Of a DNA stretch of 64,000 nt, positions 45,815 through 55,856 are shown one piece after another; within the stretch, counting starts at the first letter, position 1, and each line of letters starts with the position of its first letter. The DNA lies in NCBI GenBank assembly GCA_965213675.1, contig OZ243916.1, positions 3,712,001-3,776,000 of the forward strand, in the 5' to 3' direction. A model generated the notes under the pieces. That model was not told where the DNA came from. It ran no database searches and was given only the letters and a program-made list of their open reading frames with translations. Source of the DNA: an uncultured Candidatus Binatia bacterium. GTDB lineage: Bacteria > Desulfobacterota > Binatia > UBA9968 > JAJDTQ01. Position numbers and translations under genes: made by a program.

Positions 45815-46019
45815 GCCGGATCAAGTGCTGGAAGCCCGCGGAACCGGTCCGACGCCGGCGAGGCGTCGAAGTGATTCATTGGAAAGGAAGATCGGACCCC
45901 CTGTGGTCCCGGCCCCTACCGCAGCAGAGACAGGCAGAAGGGGCCGGGAAGGCAGGATGCCGGGACAACGTGTCGGACGCGCAGCTCCCCCGAAACAGGC
46001 TGTGCGAACCGCCAGCCTC

Positions 46020-46475
46020 TCAGCAGGGAGTGGCGCAGTTCAGGATGACGACTGCGCTCGCGACGGGATACACGAGATTCGCCGTCGCTTGACCATCGCC
46101 TCCGGTACCCTGCAAAAGGCGCATGCCGAACGTTTCGGATTGCTCATCGACATCGGAATCGGCGTATGTCGTTACGGTGATCGTTTTCTCGGTGTCCGTG
46201 GGTGAGAAATAGAGCGAGCCGGAAACCGACTGGTAATCGGAACCGGCCGTCGCCGGCGGGTTGCCTGTGGGATAGGACTCGTACCTGATTTCTGCTTCAC
46301 CGGCGGTTTTCTTCTTCACGATCACTTTCGCGTCCTTGCCCTCATTCGTGGAATAGGATGTCCGACTGAAGGAGATTTCGGGAAGGTCCGCGGCGGTAAG
46401 CGGAGACACCGGCAACAGCGACAGTCCCACGCCGACGACGATCCCGCGAAGCAGGTTGCAACTTGGTCCATTCAT
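46020..46475 (-). CDS. Small secreted single Calx-beta domain protein
   Basis: Signal peptide; ISFSRTSYSTNEG, ATAGSDYQSVSGSLYF, DSDVDEQSETF; AAGGAGG SD. Confidence 0.82.
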   Translation of the reverse strand: MNGPSCNLLRGIVVGVGLSLLPVSPLTAADLPEISFSRTSYSTNEGKDAKVIVKKKTAGEAEIRYESYPTGNPPATAGSDYQSVSGSLYFSPTDTEKTITVTTYADSDVDEQSETFGMRLLQGTGGDGQATANLVYPVASAVVILNCATPC

Positions 46476-46614
46476 TCTGGCAGTCCTCCTTTTCGAGTTT
46501 TACAGAGATATGCGCGACAGTAGCCGCCCCATGCCGTTTCCTCCACGCAGGAATATCAGAAACGGCGATTCATCGTCTGGAGCGAATCTATGTTGAGGAA
46601 AAGTTCTTGTCAAG

Positions 46615-46830
46615 GTGTACACGGAGGAGTTCAACTTCCCCGCTCTCCGCGAAGAGACCATCCCGCTCCCGCCTCGTGAACCCGATCGCTACCGACATGT
46701 GCTGCGGCTTGGCACGACCGGTGGCGGGAAGACGACCCTCGTGCGGCAGGTCATCGGTACCGATCCCTCGGAGGAACGCTTCCCTTCAACGTCGACCTCC
46801 AAGACCACAATCCACCCCGTCCAGCACTGA
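46615..46830 (+). pseudogene. Fragment of a P-loop NTPase/GTPase-like gene
   Basis: LGTTGGGKTTLVRQVIG...RFPSTSTSKTT Walker A and G2-like motif, truncated shortly after. Confidence 0.55.
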
Positions 46831-47172
46831 TCCAAGCGTTGTCAGGCCGGCGAGGCAATGGGGTGAGCACCTGTCGCGGGACCGTACGGGCTCCGATCTT
46901 GGCGTCGCGCATTGTGTTCTAGCTTGTAACTCGGTATGGGCTAACGGAACGCAGCGTTCGATGCGCGGTGGAAACATTTCCCTCGGAATGGACTGGGCTT
47001 GATGAAGCGCGTGATGGTAGATCGGTATTGGAGCATCTGCGGGACAGACAGAGCCGCGCCAGGACGCGCGCAGACTGGAATGAATCGGCTTGCAGTCTGC
47101 CTCGACAAGGATCGAAACCCTCAGTGATCCTACCGTTTCTAGCCGTAGAAACAACAATAATATCTGACGGTT

Positions 47173-49230
47173 ATGATTGATTCCCTAGGGCGCTACCTGG
47201 TCGGCGTGGACGTTGGCGGCACCTTCACCGACGTTACGGTGCTGGACCAGGAGACCGGTGGTATCCGTGAGGTGCGCAAGGTGCCGTCCAATCCCGCGGC
47301 GCCGTTGCAGGTGCTCGACGGCGTGCTGGCGGACCTGCGCGCGACGTGGGGCGCCGATGCCTTGTCGTATCTGCTCCACGGCTCCACACATGCGCTCAAC
47401 ACGGTGCTGGAGGAGAAGGGCAGCCGCACCGGCCTGCTCACCACACGCGGATTCCGCGACGTCTACGAGATCGCGCGCCAGTGGAAGGGCGAGGAGGTCT
47501 TCAATATTTTCTATCCCGGCGCCAAGCGGTTCGTGCCGCGACGCCGCGTGGCGGAAGTTTCGGAGCGGCTCGACAAGTCCGGCGCGGTGCTGGCGCCGCT
47601 GGACCTGGACGCCGTCGATACGGCCGTGGCCGGGCTCATGATGCAGGGCATCGAAGCGCTGGCCATCGCGTTCCTGTTCTCCTACGTGAACCCGGAACAC
47701 GAGCGGTTGGCGGCGGCGCACATCCGTTCACGCTACCCGGATCTGTTCGTGTCGTTGTCGTCGGAGGTGAATCCGGTGTGGCGCGAATACGAACGTACCG
47801 CCACCACCGTGCTGAACGCCTACCTCGGCCCGCGCATGGAGCAGTACTTCTCCGGCATGGAAGAAACCGTGCGGCGGCACTTCCCGGAGGCGCACGCCTT
47901 CCTGATGAAGTCCAACGGCGGCATCGGCGCGCCCCGGGCCATGGCCCGATTCCCGGTGCAGACGCTCATGTCCGGTCCGGTGGCGGGAGTGGTGGCGGCT
48001 CACGAACTGGGGGTGCGCAACGGAGTCCCGAACCTCATTTCGCTGGACATCGGCGGCACCAGCAGCGACATGTCGCTGATTTCGGGACGGCCGCTGTACC
48101 GTACCGAGTGGCGTATCGGGCGCCATCCCGTGCGCGTGGACTCGGTGGAGGTGGAAAGCCTGGGCGCGGGCGGCGGCAGTTTGGCCCAGGTGCGTTACGG
48201 CAAGGTCCTCCAGGTTGGGCCGCAGAGCGCCGGGGCGGTTCCGGGGCCGGCCTGCTACATGCGCGGCGGCGACCGGCCCACGTTGACCGACGCGCTGGTG
48301 CAGCTCCGGCACCTGAACCCCCGGACGCTGCTTCAAGGCGAGATGCCCATTGACGCGGCGCTGTCGGCCGCGGCCATCCGGCGGCACGTGGCCGAGCCGC
48401 TGGACCTGTCGGAAGACGAAGCGGCCCTGGGAATCCTGCGTGTGCTGGTGGCCAATATCGTTGCCTCCATGCGCACCATCACCATCGAGCGCGGCTTCAA
48501 CCCCGCGGACTTCGTGCTCGCGCCGTTCGGCGGCATGGGGCCGACGCTGGCCACCGCGGTTGCTTCATCGCTGGGCATCGGACGCATCCTGGTTCCGGTG
48601 GATCCGGGCAACTTCAGCGCCTTCGGCATGCTGCTGTCCGACCTGCGTTCGGACGCCGTGACCACGCGGGTGGTGGCGCTCAGCCCGGAAACTCTGACCG
48701 GCTTGGTGGCGACGCTGCGCGAGATCGAGGACGCGGTGCGCCGGGAGCTCGCCTCCCAGGGACCGTCCGAGGACCGGATCCGTGTGGATTGGCTGCTGGA
48801 CATGCGTTACCGCGAGCAGGCCTACGAGCTGACGGTCCCCATCGCCAAGGATCCCGCGAAGCTCAACGTGGACGAGATCTGCGAACGGTTCGGCCAGGCC
48901 CATGAACAGCGCTACGGCCACCGGGCCGACGACGAGGTGGTGGAGGTGGTGAACCTGCGGGCGTCCGCTTACGCCTCGCTGGGGAAGCCGGAATTGTCGC
49001 CGGGCGACGCCACGGGCGCGCGGGAGCCCGTGGCGCGGGAGCGGCGCCGCACCGTCATGCTGGATGGCGTGCGCGACGCCCCGGTGTACCGCCGCGACGA
49101 TCTGACTCCGGGCGCGGCGCTGGACGGCCCGGTCATCGTCGAGGAGAAGACGTCCACCACGGTGGTGGAGCCGGGCTGGGCGCTGCGCGTCGACCCGGAG
49201 GGCAATCTGGATCTCACGCGCGCGACCTGA
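47173..49230 (+). CDS. Hydantoinase A/oxoprolinase family protein
   Basis: GVDVGGTFTD, EYERTATT, SGPVAG, DIGGTSSD, GAGGGS, SAGAVPGPACY, FSAFG. Confidence 0.93.
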   Translation: MIDSLGRYLVGVDVGGTFTDVTVLDQETGGIREVRKVPSNPAAPLQVLDGVLADLRATWGADALSYLLHGSTHALNTVLEEKGSRTGLLTTRGFRDVYEIARQWKGEEVFNIFYPGAKRFVPRRRVAEVSERLDKSGAVLAPLDLDAVDTAVAGLMMQGIEALAIAFLFSYVNPEHERLAAAHIRSRYPDLFVSLSSEVNPVWREYERTATTVLNAYLGPRMEQYFSGMEETVRRHFPEAHAFLMKSNGGIGAPRAMARFPVQTLMSGPVAGVVAAHELGVRNGVPNLISLDIGGTSSDMSLISGRPLYRTEWRIGRHPVRVDSVEVESLGAGGGSLAQVRYGKVLQVGPQSAGAVPGPACYMRGGDRPTLTDALVQLRHLNPRTLLQGEMPIDAALSAAAIRRHVAEPLDLSEDEAALGILRVLVANIVASMRTITIERGFNPADFVLAPFGGMGPTLATAVASSLGIGRILVPVDPGNFSAFGMLLSDLRSDAVTTRVVALSPETLTGLVATLREIEDAVRRELASQGPSEDRIRVDWLLDMRYREQAYELTVPIAKDPAKLNVDEICERFGQAHEQRYGHRADDEVVEVVNLRASAYASLGKPELSPGDATGAREPVARERRRTVMLDGVRDAPVYRRDDLTPGAALDGPVIVEEKTSTTVVEPGWALRVDPEGNLDLTRAT

Positions 49231-49293
49231 GCCACGCGCCGGCAGATCAACCTGAAACAGCCAACTTGAAGAAGTGCGGCACGGAGGAAAGCC

Positions 49294-50256
49294 ATGAAGA
49301 TTCTGATAACGGGCGGCATGGGAGTGAACGGCGCGGTAACCGCGAGGCACTTGGTCCGGGACGGCGTGCGTCCGGTGCTCATGGACAACCGCATGGACAC
49401 TTCCCTGATCTCGGACATCGAAAAGGACGTGGACCTGGTGATCGGGGACATCCTGGACCCGGAGGGCCTGGACAAGATCATCGTCGACAACGGGATCACC
49501 CACGTGGCCCATCTGGCGGCGCTGATGCCCATTCCGGCGGAGACGGATCCGGCCCTGGGCATCAAGGTCGGCGTGGATGGAACCCTCAATGTGCTTGAGA
49601 TCGCGCGGCATCGGGGGCTCGAGCGTGTGGTGTTCACCAGCTCCAAGGCGGTGTACGGCGAGATCAGCGGGCGGCATGCCTACCCCGAGTACGTGCCTGT
49701 GGACGAGGGTCATCCGCAACACCCGGCGGACCTCTACGGCACCATCAAGGTGTGCTGCGAGACCCTGTGCACCTACTACCAGAAGAAATACGGCGTCAGC
49801 TCGGTGGTGCTGCGCTTCGGCTCCATCTACGGTCCCGGCAAGGAGGTGCGTCACGGCGCGCTGTCGCTCTACGGCCAGATGATTGAGAAGGTCATGGCCG
49901 GCGAGGGCTTCGCGGGGGAGGGTGGCGACCAGTCCAACGAGGCGCTCTACGTAGGCGACGTGGCCCGCTCCATCATCCTGGGCCTGCAGGTCAAGGACCC
50001 CGCCGAGCGCACCTTCAACATCGGCACCGGCGTGGGCGTTACTCTCCACGACTTCAAGCGCGTCCTGGGGGAACTCTATCCCGACAGCAGGATCGAGATC
50101 AGCGCAGGGTTGGAATTCCGCATGACGGCGAAGAAGAGCTACTGCATTTTCGACATCGGCAAGGCCAGGGAACACCTGGGCTTCACCCCAGCCTACGACC
50201 TCGAAGCGGGCATCAAGGACTACATCGCCACCATCGAACGGCTGAGGCCGCGGTAG
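49294..50256 (+). CDS. NAD-dependent epimerase/dehydratase (extended SDR)
   Basis: ILITGGMGVNG, HLAA, TSS, YGTIK, LRFGSIYGPG, FNIGTG. Confidence 0.9.
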   Translation: MKILITGGMGVNGAVTARHLVRDGVRPVLMDNRMDTSLISDIEKDVDLVIGDILDPEGLDKIIVDNGITHVAHLAALMPIPAETDPALGIKVGVDGTLNVLEIARHRGLERVVFTSSKAVYGEISGRHAYPEYVPVDEGHPQHPADLYGTIKVCCETLCTYYQKKYGVSSVVLRFGSIYGPGKEVRHGALSLYGQMIEKVMAGEGFAGEGGDQSNEALYVGDVARSIILGLQVKDPAERTFNIGTGVGVTLHDFKRVLGELYPDSRIEISAGLEFRMTAKKSYCIFDIGKAREHLGFTPAYDLEAGIKDYIATIERLRPR

Positions 50257-50484
50257 GGGTTCAGATTCTTCGGCTTTGAACGGGTCCGCCGAAGCACTGG
50301 GATGGGGCGGCCGTCAAACGATTCGCATGTGACACGCATGCGCAGTCGCAGTCCCGGTCCAGTGCGGTGACTTGGAAAAACGGGCTCCGGTGGTGCGATC
50401 CGGAACTCCATCGGTCCTGTCTTGCAGCATCGCGGCCATCCGGTCCGGCATGGCTGGAGTTCAGCGCATGGGAAGCGTCGCGGA

Positions 50485-51585
50485 CTACGCCGCCCCCTGC
50501 CGTTCCAGGATGTGGGCCATGTCCACCTTGGCGCCGGAGCGGCCGCAGGCGTCCACGAAGAGCTGGATGACGTCCTCGTCTTCGTCCTCGTGCTCGATCT
50601 GCCAGCCGCCCTGGTTCAGGGGGACGTCGGACTGGATGGGGCCGGGGACGAGCTTGAACATGCGGCTGAGCATCTTGAGGGCGAGGTAGCGGGCGGGTTG
50701 GGGGCCGGAGTTGAAGTGCTGGTGGAACCAGCCTTCGGGGGGCACGACGAGGGAGCCGGGCTTCCAGATGAACTGCTGCTTCTCCTCGCCCTCGGGCCAC
50801 ATTAGCGAATAGCCCTCGCCGGACAGGATCATCACGTGGGCGCCGGGGCCGTGCCGGTGAGCCTTCTTGTAGCGTCCCACCGGGAACTCGGAGACATGGG
50901 CGCCCATGTGGCTGTTCACCAGCTCGAAGAACACGGTGCGGCTTCCCTTGCCGCGGGCCTCCCAGGCGATGGGCTCGATGTTGGCCACATCGGGAATGAA
51001 ATTGGTTTCCAGCACACGGTCGTTGTAGAGACGCGCGTGGCCGCGAAAGTCCTGGTCGTCATCGAACCGGTCCCTGAAGGTGAAGGGATTGTTCATGACG
51101 AATTCTTCGTTGTGGAAGATGTTGTAGACCAGCGGCGCGTTGGTGACGCCCAGGAGCCTGGCCTCCCGGTCGCCCGAGCCGTTGAAGTGCTGGTAGGTGG
51201 CGTTCACCGGGATGGCGAAGAGGCTTCCCTCCTGCCACTCGAAGCTCTGTCCCTTGCCGTTGCTCTGCCACAGCGTGGTCGCGCCGCGGCCGGCCAGCAC
51301 GTAGACGAGTTCGTCGTAGATGTGCTTCTCCGGGTTGAGGCTCTTGCCCGGCGGGATCGAAACCACGAAGGCATCGTCCAGATAGCCGGCTCCTTCCAGG
51401 TTGATGTAGACTCCGTGGCCGCCCTTGCGGTCCCACCACTTCATCGGCACGTCCTTGAGGTCCTCGACGAAGTAGCCCCGGATCACGTCCACCCCCTGGG
51501 ACACCACCCAGCGGTCGTAAGGCGTGTCCATCACTTCCGCGTTCCGATCCACGCGCTCGAAGTTGCCCAGGCTTTCGATCTTCAT
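50485..51585 (-). CDS. Bicupin protein (gentisate dioxygenase-like)
   Basis: Two cupin motifs: EKHIYDELVYVLAGRG...QHFN and KAHRHGPGAH...WFHQHFN. Confidence 0.78.
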   Translation of the reverse strand: MKIESLGNFERVDRNAEVMDTPYDRWVVSQGVDVIRGYFVEDLKDVPMKWWDRKGGHGVYINLEGAGYLDDAFVVSIPPGKSLNPEKHIYDELVYVLAGRGATTLWQSNGKGQSFEWQEGSLFAIPVNATYQHFNGSGDREARLLGVTNAPLVYNIFHNEEFVMNNPFTFRDRFDDDQDFRGHARLYNDRVLETNFIPDVANIEPIAWEARGKGSRTVFFELVNSHMGAHVSEFPVGRYKKAHRHGPGAHVMILSGEGYSLMWPEGEEKQQFIWKPGSLVVPPEGWFHQHFNSGPQPARYLALKMLSRMFKLVPGPIQSDVPLNQGGWQIEHEDEDEDVIQLFVDACGRSGAKVDMAHILERQGAA

Positions 51586-51679
51586 GCTTGTTCTCCAGGT
51601 CGTGCGACTCGGCTCGCCCGCCGACAACCCCCAGACGCGCCGTGCGCCTGCCATGAGCTTGCCAGCGGGCTCCGGACGA

Positions 51680-51692
51680 CTAGTGTGGTGTC
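51680..51692. mobile_element. CTAG-anchored MITE-like terminal motif (CTAGTGTGGTGTC)
   Basis: Exact 13-mer shared with other intergenic sites. Confidence 0.55.
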
Positions 51693-51748
51693 TGGATCCC
51701 GTGCTTCAGTGGGTAGCGAGGCGCAGGCGAGGGGTGTGGACGGCCGCG

Positions 51749-52777
51749 CTATGGCCTTGATTCGGCGGCGGACATGCCGGCGTCCGCTGGCGCTGGCGCC
51801 AATTCAGCAGCGCGCGCCGCTTGTACGTCGCCTGCCGGCGCGTTCTCCGCCGGCGCATCGTCCACCGCCGGCGCATCTGCCGGTTCGGCGCCTGCCGGCA
51901 TGCCGCCCACCTGTGCGCTCGCGAGGTGCCGGAACAGCCGCGACTCTTCCGACAGGATCGCGGTGCTCTTCTCCGGCAGGAACTTCTCGTAGGCTTCGAG
52001 GCTGCGGACGAAGCCGTAGAATTCGGGGTCCTGTCCGTAGGAGGTCGCGTAGATGGCCGTGGCCTCGCCGTCGCCCTCGCCGCGCAGCGTCTGGCTCTCG
52101 CGGTAGGCTTCTGCCAGAAGAATGGTCTTTTCCTTGTTGGTCTGGGCGCGGATCTTCTTGGACTCCTCCTCGCCCTCGGATCGGTAGCGCTTGGCGATGC
52201 GCTCGCGCTCCGCGCGCATGCGCTCGAACACGCTCATCTGGACCTCCGAGGGGAGGTCCGCGCGTTTCACCCGGACATCCACTACGGTGACGCCGTACTC
52301 ACTCCTGGCCTTCTCGGCCGAACGCTTGGCTACCGCCTCCATGGCGGCTTCCCGCTGGTCCGCGATAATGTCGGCGAAGTTGCGCGATGCCAGTTCCTGG
52401 CGCAGTTCGGAGAACACGATGTCGTCGAGCAACAATCTCCCACGCTGCTCGGTCAGCGCGGTCTTGAAGAACTGGAAGGGGTCGCTGATGCGCCAGCGGG
52501 TCACGTGGTCCACGATGACGCGCTTCTTGTCCAGGGTCAGATAGTCCCGGGGCTGGGCGTCACTGGCGAGGATACGCCGCTCGTACATGGTGACGGCTTC
52601 CACCAGCGGTGTCTTCCAGTGGAGTCCGGGCTCCTGAACCGCGCGCTTGAACTTGCCGAACTGGGTGACGATGGCCTGCTGCCACTCGCCCGCGACGAAG
52701 AACGGGCGCACGGGCGGGAACAGCAGCACCACCACGATGGCCCCGACGAGGATGCCGGTGACGTACGAACGGTTCAT
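51749..52777 (-). CDS. hflC: Protease modulator HflC
   Basis: PGLHWKTP, LTLDKKRVIVD, VDVRVKRADLP, RMRAERE, DPEFYGFVRSLEAY. Confidence 0.95.
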   Translation of the reverse strand: MNRSYVTGILVGAIVVVLLFPPVRPFFVAGEWQQAIVTQFGKFKRAVQEPGLHWKTPLVEAVTMYERRILASDAQPRDYLTLDKKRVIVDHVTRWRISDPFQFFKTALTEQRGRLLLDDIVFSELRQELASRNFADIIADQREAAMEAVAKRSAEKARSEYGVTVVDVRVKRADLPSEVQMSVFERMRAERERIAKRYRSEGEEESKKIRAQTNKEKTILLAEAYRESQTLRGEGDGEATAIYATSYGQDPEFYGFVRSLEAYEKFLPEKSTAILSEESRLFRHLASAQVGGMPAGAEPADAPAVDDAPAENAPAGDVQAARAAELAPAPADAGMSAAESRP

Positions 52778-53811
52778 TGCTTGCCTCCCATTGCCGGAAA
52801 GCCCGCCATGCCCTTGAGCGGCAAGAGCGGCACGATGTTCTTGGCCCCCTGGGCGTCCACGATGATCTTGTCGACCTTGGGGAGCACGCGCTCGATGGAC
52901 TCGAGGTGCATGCGCTCGCGCGTTACCTCGGGAGCCTTGCGGTACTCGGTCAGCACCGAGGTGAAGCGCGCGCCGTCGCCGGTGGCCCTCAACGTCCGCT
53001 CCTGCTTGTAGGCTTCCGCCGCCTGGAGGATTTCCTGGACTTCGCCCCTGGCCTTGGGGATCAAGTCCTCGCGGTAGCCGCGCGCTTGGTTGATGAGCTT
53101 CTCACGGTCCTCGCGCGCCCGCACCACTTCGTCGAAGGCGTCCTTGACCTGGCTTGGGGCCTCGACGGTCTGGAGCTTGACCTCGGTGATCTGAACGCCC
53201 GACTGGTAGGTGTCCATCAGCTCCTGCAGGAAAGCCTGGGTCTCGTTCTGCACCCGGTCGCGGCCTACCGTCAGGACCTCCTCGATGGTGGTGTTGCCCA
53301 CCCGGCTGCGCAGCGCCACCTCGGTGGCCGCCTGCAACGTGTTCACCGGATCCCGGAGCTTGAACAGGAACTTCTCCGGTTCCTTGATCACGTACTGGAC
53401 CGTGAGTTGGGCGCTGACGATGTTCTCGTCACCGGTGAGCATCAACGACTCCGCAGGAATGAGGCGCACCAGGTTCGGTCGCACCGGGTTGCTGCGGAAG
53501 CCCACTTCAAGGCGGCGGATCTCCGCCACGTTGACCTTGCGCAGCTCCTCGATGGGCCACGGAATGTGGTAGTTCAGGCCGGCAGTGGCGATGCGCGTGA
53601 CCTTGCCGAAGCGCGTCACCACGCCTTCCTCACCGGGCTGGATGGTGTAGAAACCGCTGGCCAGCCAGATGAGGATGATGGCCCCGCCGATCAGGAGGGG
53701 TACCCCCGACTTCAGGAAACCGGGCAACTGCGGCAACCGGGAAAGCAGGTCCTCCCAGTCGGGGCCGCTCTGTCGCCGCCGGCCCCAGGGGCCCTCGGGT
53801 CCGCCTTGCAT
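52774..53811 (-). CDS. hflK: FtsH protease modulator HflK
   Basis: GVVTRFGK, GLNYHIPWPIE, MLTGDENIV, VKDAFDEV, APEVTRERMHLE. Confidence 0.95.
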   Translation of the reverse strand: MQGGPEGPWGRRRQSGPDWEDLLSRLPQLPGFLKSGVPLLIGGAIILIWLASGFYTIQPGEEGVVTRFGKVTRIATAGLNYHIPWPIEELRKVNVAEIRRLEVGFRSNPVRPNLVRLIPAESLMLTGDENIVSAQLTVQYVIKEPEKFLFKLRDPVNTLQAATEVALRSRVGNTTIEEVLTVGRDRVQNETQAFLQELMDTYQSGVQITEVKLQTVEAPSQVKDAFDEVVRAREDREKLINQARGYREDLIPKARGEVQEILQAAEAYKQERTLRATGDGARFTSVLTEYRKAPEVTRERMHLESIERVLPKVDKIIVDAQGAKNIVPLLPLKGMAGFPAMGGKQ

Positions 53812-53938
53812 GGATGACTCCTTTGTTCTCTTTGCTCTGATTCCCGCCGCAATGACGGAACATGGCCAAACTATAGGGGGACTCTACCATTGCCCACCGG
53901 GGTGTCAAGGAAGGTTCCGGATGGAACTACCCGAATGG

Positions 53939-54928
53939 TCACGCCGCCTGACCTCGCGGCGGCGTCTCGCGTGTGCGAGCCAGTTTCACCGTGAGCCAAT
54001 ACCATTGATCCGGATAGCGGCGCACGAGGTTTTCCAGCACGCCCATGATCTGGCGGGTGTTGGCGCCCACGTCGGCGTTCAGGTCCCCGGTTCGCTCCAT
54101 TTTCAGCTCCGGTTCGATGACCAGTTGCAGCTTCCCGGAGTAGCTTCGCACCAAGTAGACGGGCAACACGGGCGCGCGCGTGCGCAGCGCGAGGCTCACG
54201 ACGCCGCGGGCCGTTCTTACCGGCTGGCCGAACAGGGTGGATTCCAGCTCGCCGCGCTTGAGGTTGTCCCCCAGCATCAGGACGGTGCCGTTCCGGCGGA
54301 GCACGCCCAGGATCCGCTTGACTGCCTCACGGCGGGGCAGGGAGGGGATGAGTTGCGTGAAGAACGAGCGGCTGTGGTACCGCACCAGGCGCATCAGCCG
54401 CTCGTCGTCCAGGAAGCGCAGCAGGCCATGGGTCGGATGACCGATCACTCCCATGGCGGCGGTGAGAAGCACGAAGTTGCCTAGATGGAAGCTCAACGCG
54501 ATGGCGCCGCGCCCCTTGGCCAAGGCTGCCTCCAGGTGTTCCCGGCCCTGAACGTCGAGGACGGCGGCCAGCCGCTTGGGATGGCCCATCTGCAAGAGGC
54601 AGTCGAGAACGTTTTCCGCGATGCGCAGTTGCACGCCCCGGGCCAGACCGCGCTTGGCCGCCGGGGTGTAGGCGTCGCCGAAGGCCGCGTCCATCACGGA
54701 CACGATGCGCTGGCGCGAGACCGCACACCTGGTCAAGCACCTGAGCACAGGGGCGAACAAACGCATGAACCAGTGTGGCGGCATCACCCGCATGACCTGG
54801 ACGAGCAAGCGCCACAGTCCCTCCCACACGCGGTAGAGCAGCCAACGGGCGGTCGAGACCTGGCTGCCGACCGGCTCCGCGACGGATGGGCGCGCAGGCT
54901 GGAGGTCAGTTTTGGCCGATTGTGGCAA
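53939..54928 (-). CDS. Lysophospholipid/lipid A acyltransferase (LpxL/HtrB-like)
   Basis: GREHLEAALAKGRGAI, HLGNF, LFGQPV, VRRYPDQWYW; start uncertain. Confidence 0.82.
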   Translation of the reverse strand: MPQSAKTDLQPARPSVAEPVGSQVSTARWLLYRVWEGLWRLLVQVMRVMPPHWFMRLFAPVLRCLTRCAVSRQRIVSVMDAAFGDAYTPAAKRGLARGVQLRIAENVLDCLLQMGHPKRLAAVLDVQGREHLEAALAKGRGAIALSFHLGNFVLLTAAMGVIGHPTHGLLRFLDDERLMRLVRYHSRSFFTQLIPSLPRREAVKRILGVLRRNGTVLMLGDNLKRGELESTLFGQPVRTARGVVSLALRTRAPVLPVYLVRSYSGKLQLVIEPELKMERTGDLNADVGANTRQIMGVLENLVRRYPDQWYWLTVKLARTRETPPRGQAA

Positions 54929-54981
54929 GCCGTTCTCCGAAGGGCTGGAGGCGCGAGCCTGTGTTCAGCCAAGCGGCTCGG

Positions 54982-55512
54982 TCATGGAAAGAAGGCAAGC
55001 TTGACCAGCAGAGCCAGAACGGCTGGCCCGATGGTGAGCGTGGCGAGTTTTACGACAGCCAAGTCGTGTCTTACATCACTCTTGAACTCCGCGAAGCCAT
55101 CCTTCATCTCGAATTTGAACTCCGCGAAGCTCTCCTTCATCTCTGATTTGAACCCTGCCAGGTCCTCTTTCACTTCGGACTTGAACTCTGCGAAGCCATC
55201 CTTCATCTCTGATTTGAACCCCGCGAAGCTCTCCGTCATCTCGGATTTGAACTCTGCCAAGTCCTCCTTCGTCTCGGACCTGAACTCCGCGAAGTCGGCT
55301 CTCATCCCGGATCTGAACTCCGCGGATTCACGGTTCGCCGCAGTTCTGAAGTCGTCGAAATCCTGCCGGTTTTCGACGCGCATTTCGTTGTGGTCGTCCT
55401 TGGTCACCATTTGGCTGGCGACGGGCACGGCTACCGCGGCTGCCCTCGCTTTTTCCTCGGAAGCTCCGGCTTCGATCAGTGCGTCGTAGATTTCGGTGGC
55501 GATCAGGCTCAT
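54982..55512 (-). CDS. DUF1640/CCDC90-like membrane-anchored coiled-coil protein with 11-residue repeats
   Basis: Head EIYDALIEAGASEEKARAAA, neck VTKDD, repeats FAEFKSEMKDG, C-terminal TM helix; GGAGG SD. Confidence 0.8.
   Translation of the reverse strand: MSLIATEIYDALIEAGASEEKARAAAVAVPVASQMVTKDDHNEMRVENRQDFDDFRTAANRESAEFRSGMRADFAEFRSETKEDLAEFKSEMTESFAGFKSEMKDGFAEFKSEVKEDLAGFKSEMKESFAEFKFEMKDGFAEFKSDVRHDLAVVKLATLTIGPAVLALLVKLAFFP
55075..55325. repeat. Imperfect 33-bp coding tandem repeat (about 7-8 units)
   Basis: Units resembling TTGAACTCCGCGAAGCCATCCTTCATCTCGGAT. Confidence 0.85.
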
Positions 55513-55856
55513 GGCGTCCTCCCCGGGCCGGTTTTCCCGGCGAGGGGCTGATTTGGATACAGCACCAGGAAATGCCGGGAATGTCAAACAAAATCGAACT
55601 GAACGATCTCGTAAGGACACATCGGCCTCGTTTCGGGATTCTTTAGGGCAGCCATCGATCAGAGCTGCCCTGAGCCGGTTCAACCCGGCGATGGAAACAA
55701 TGCCGCCGCAAGCGCGACGCGCCGGATCCGTTTTGAACCGCCCCGTTGCGCGCCGTTGACATGTCGCGCGGACGCATGGTAGCGTCGCGGACTTCCAGGT
55801 TCCCGTACGGTAGGAGCAAGCAGGCTCTCATGTCCACGATTTGCAGGAGGTACACT

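Noticed and set aside
43576-45879. 767-aa minus-strand ORF
   Set aside because: Antisense shadow of sulP extending into a MITE.
46615-46830. Intact GTPase gene
   Set aside because: Only the P-loop region is present; it stops before any Walker B/G3 motif.
55643-55673. TTAGGGCAGC...GCTGCCCTGA hairpin as another mini element or terminator
   Set aside because: Single short copy between divergent genes with no U-tract; insufficient evidence.
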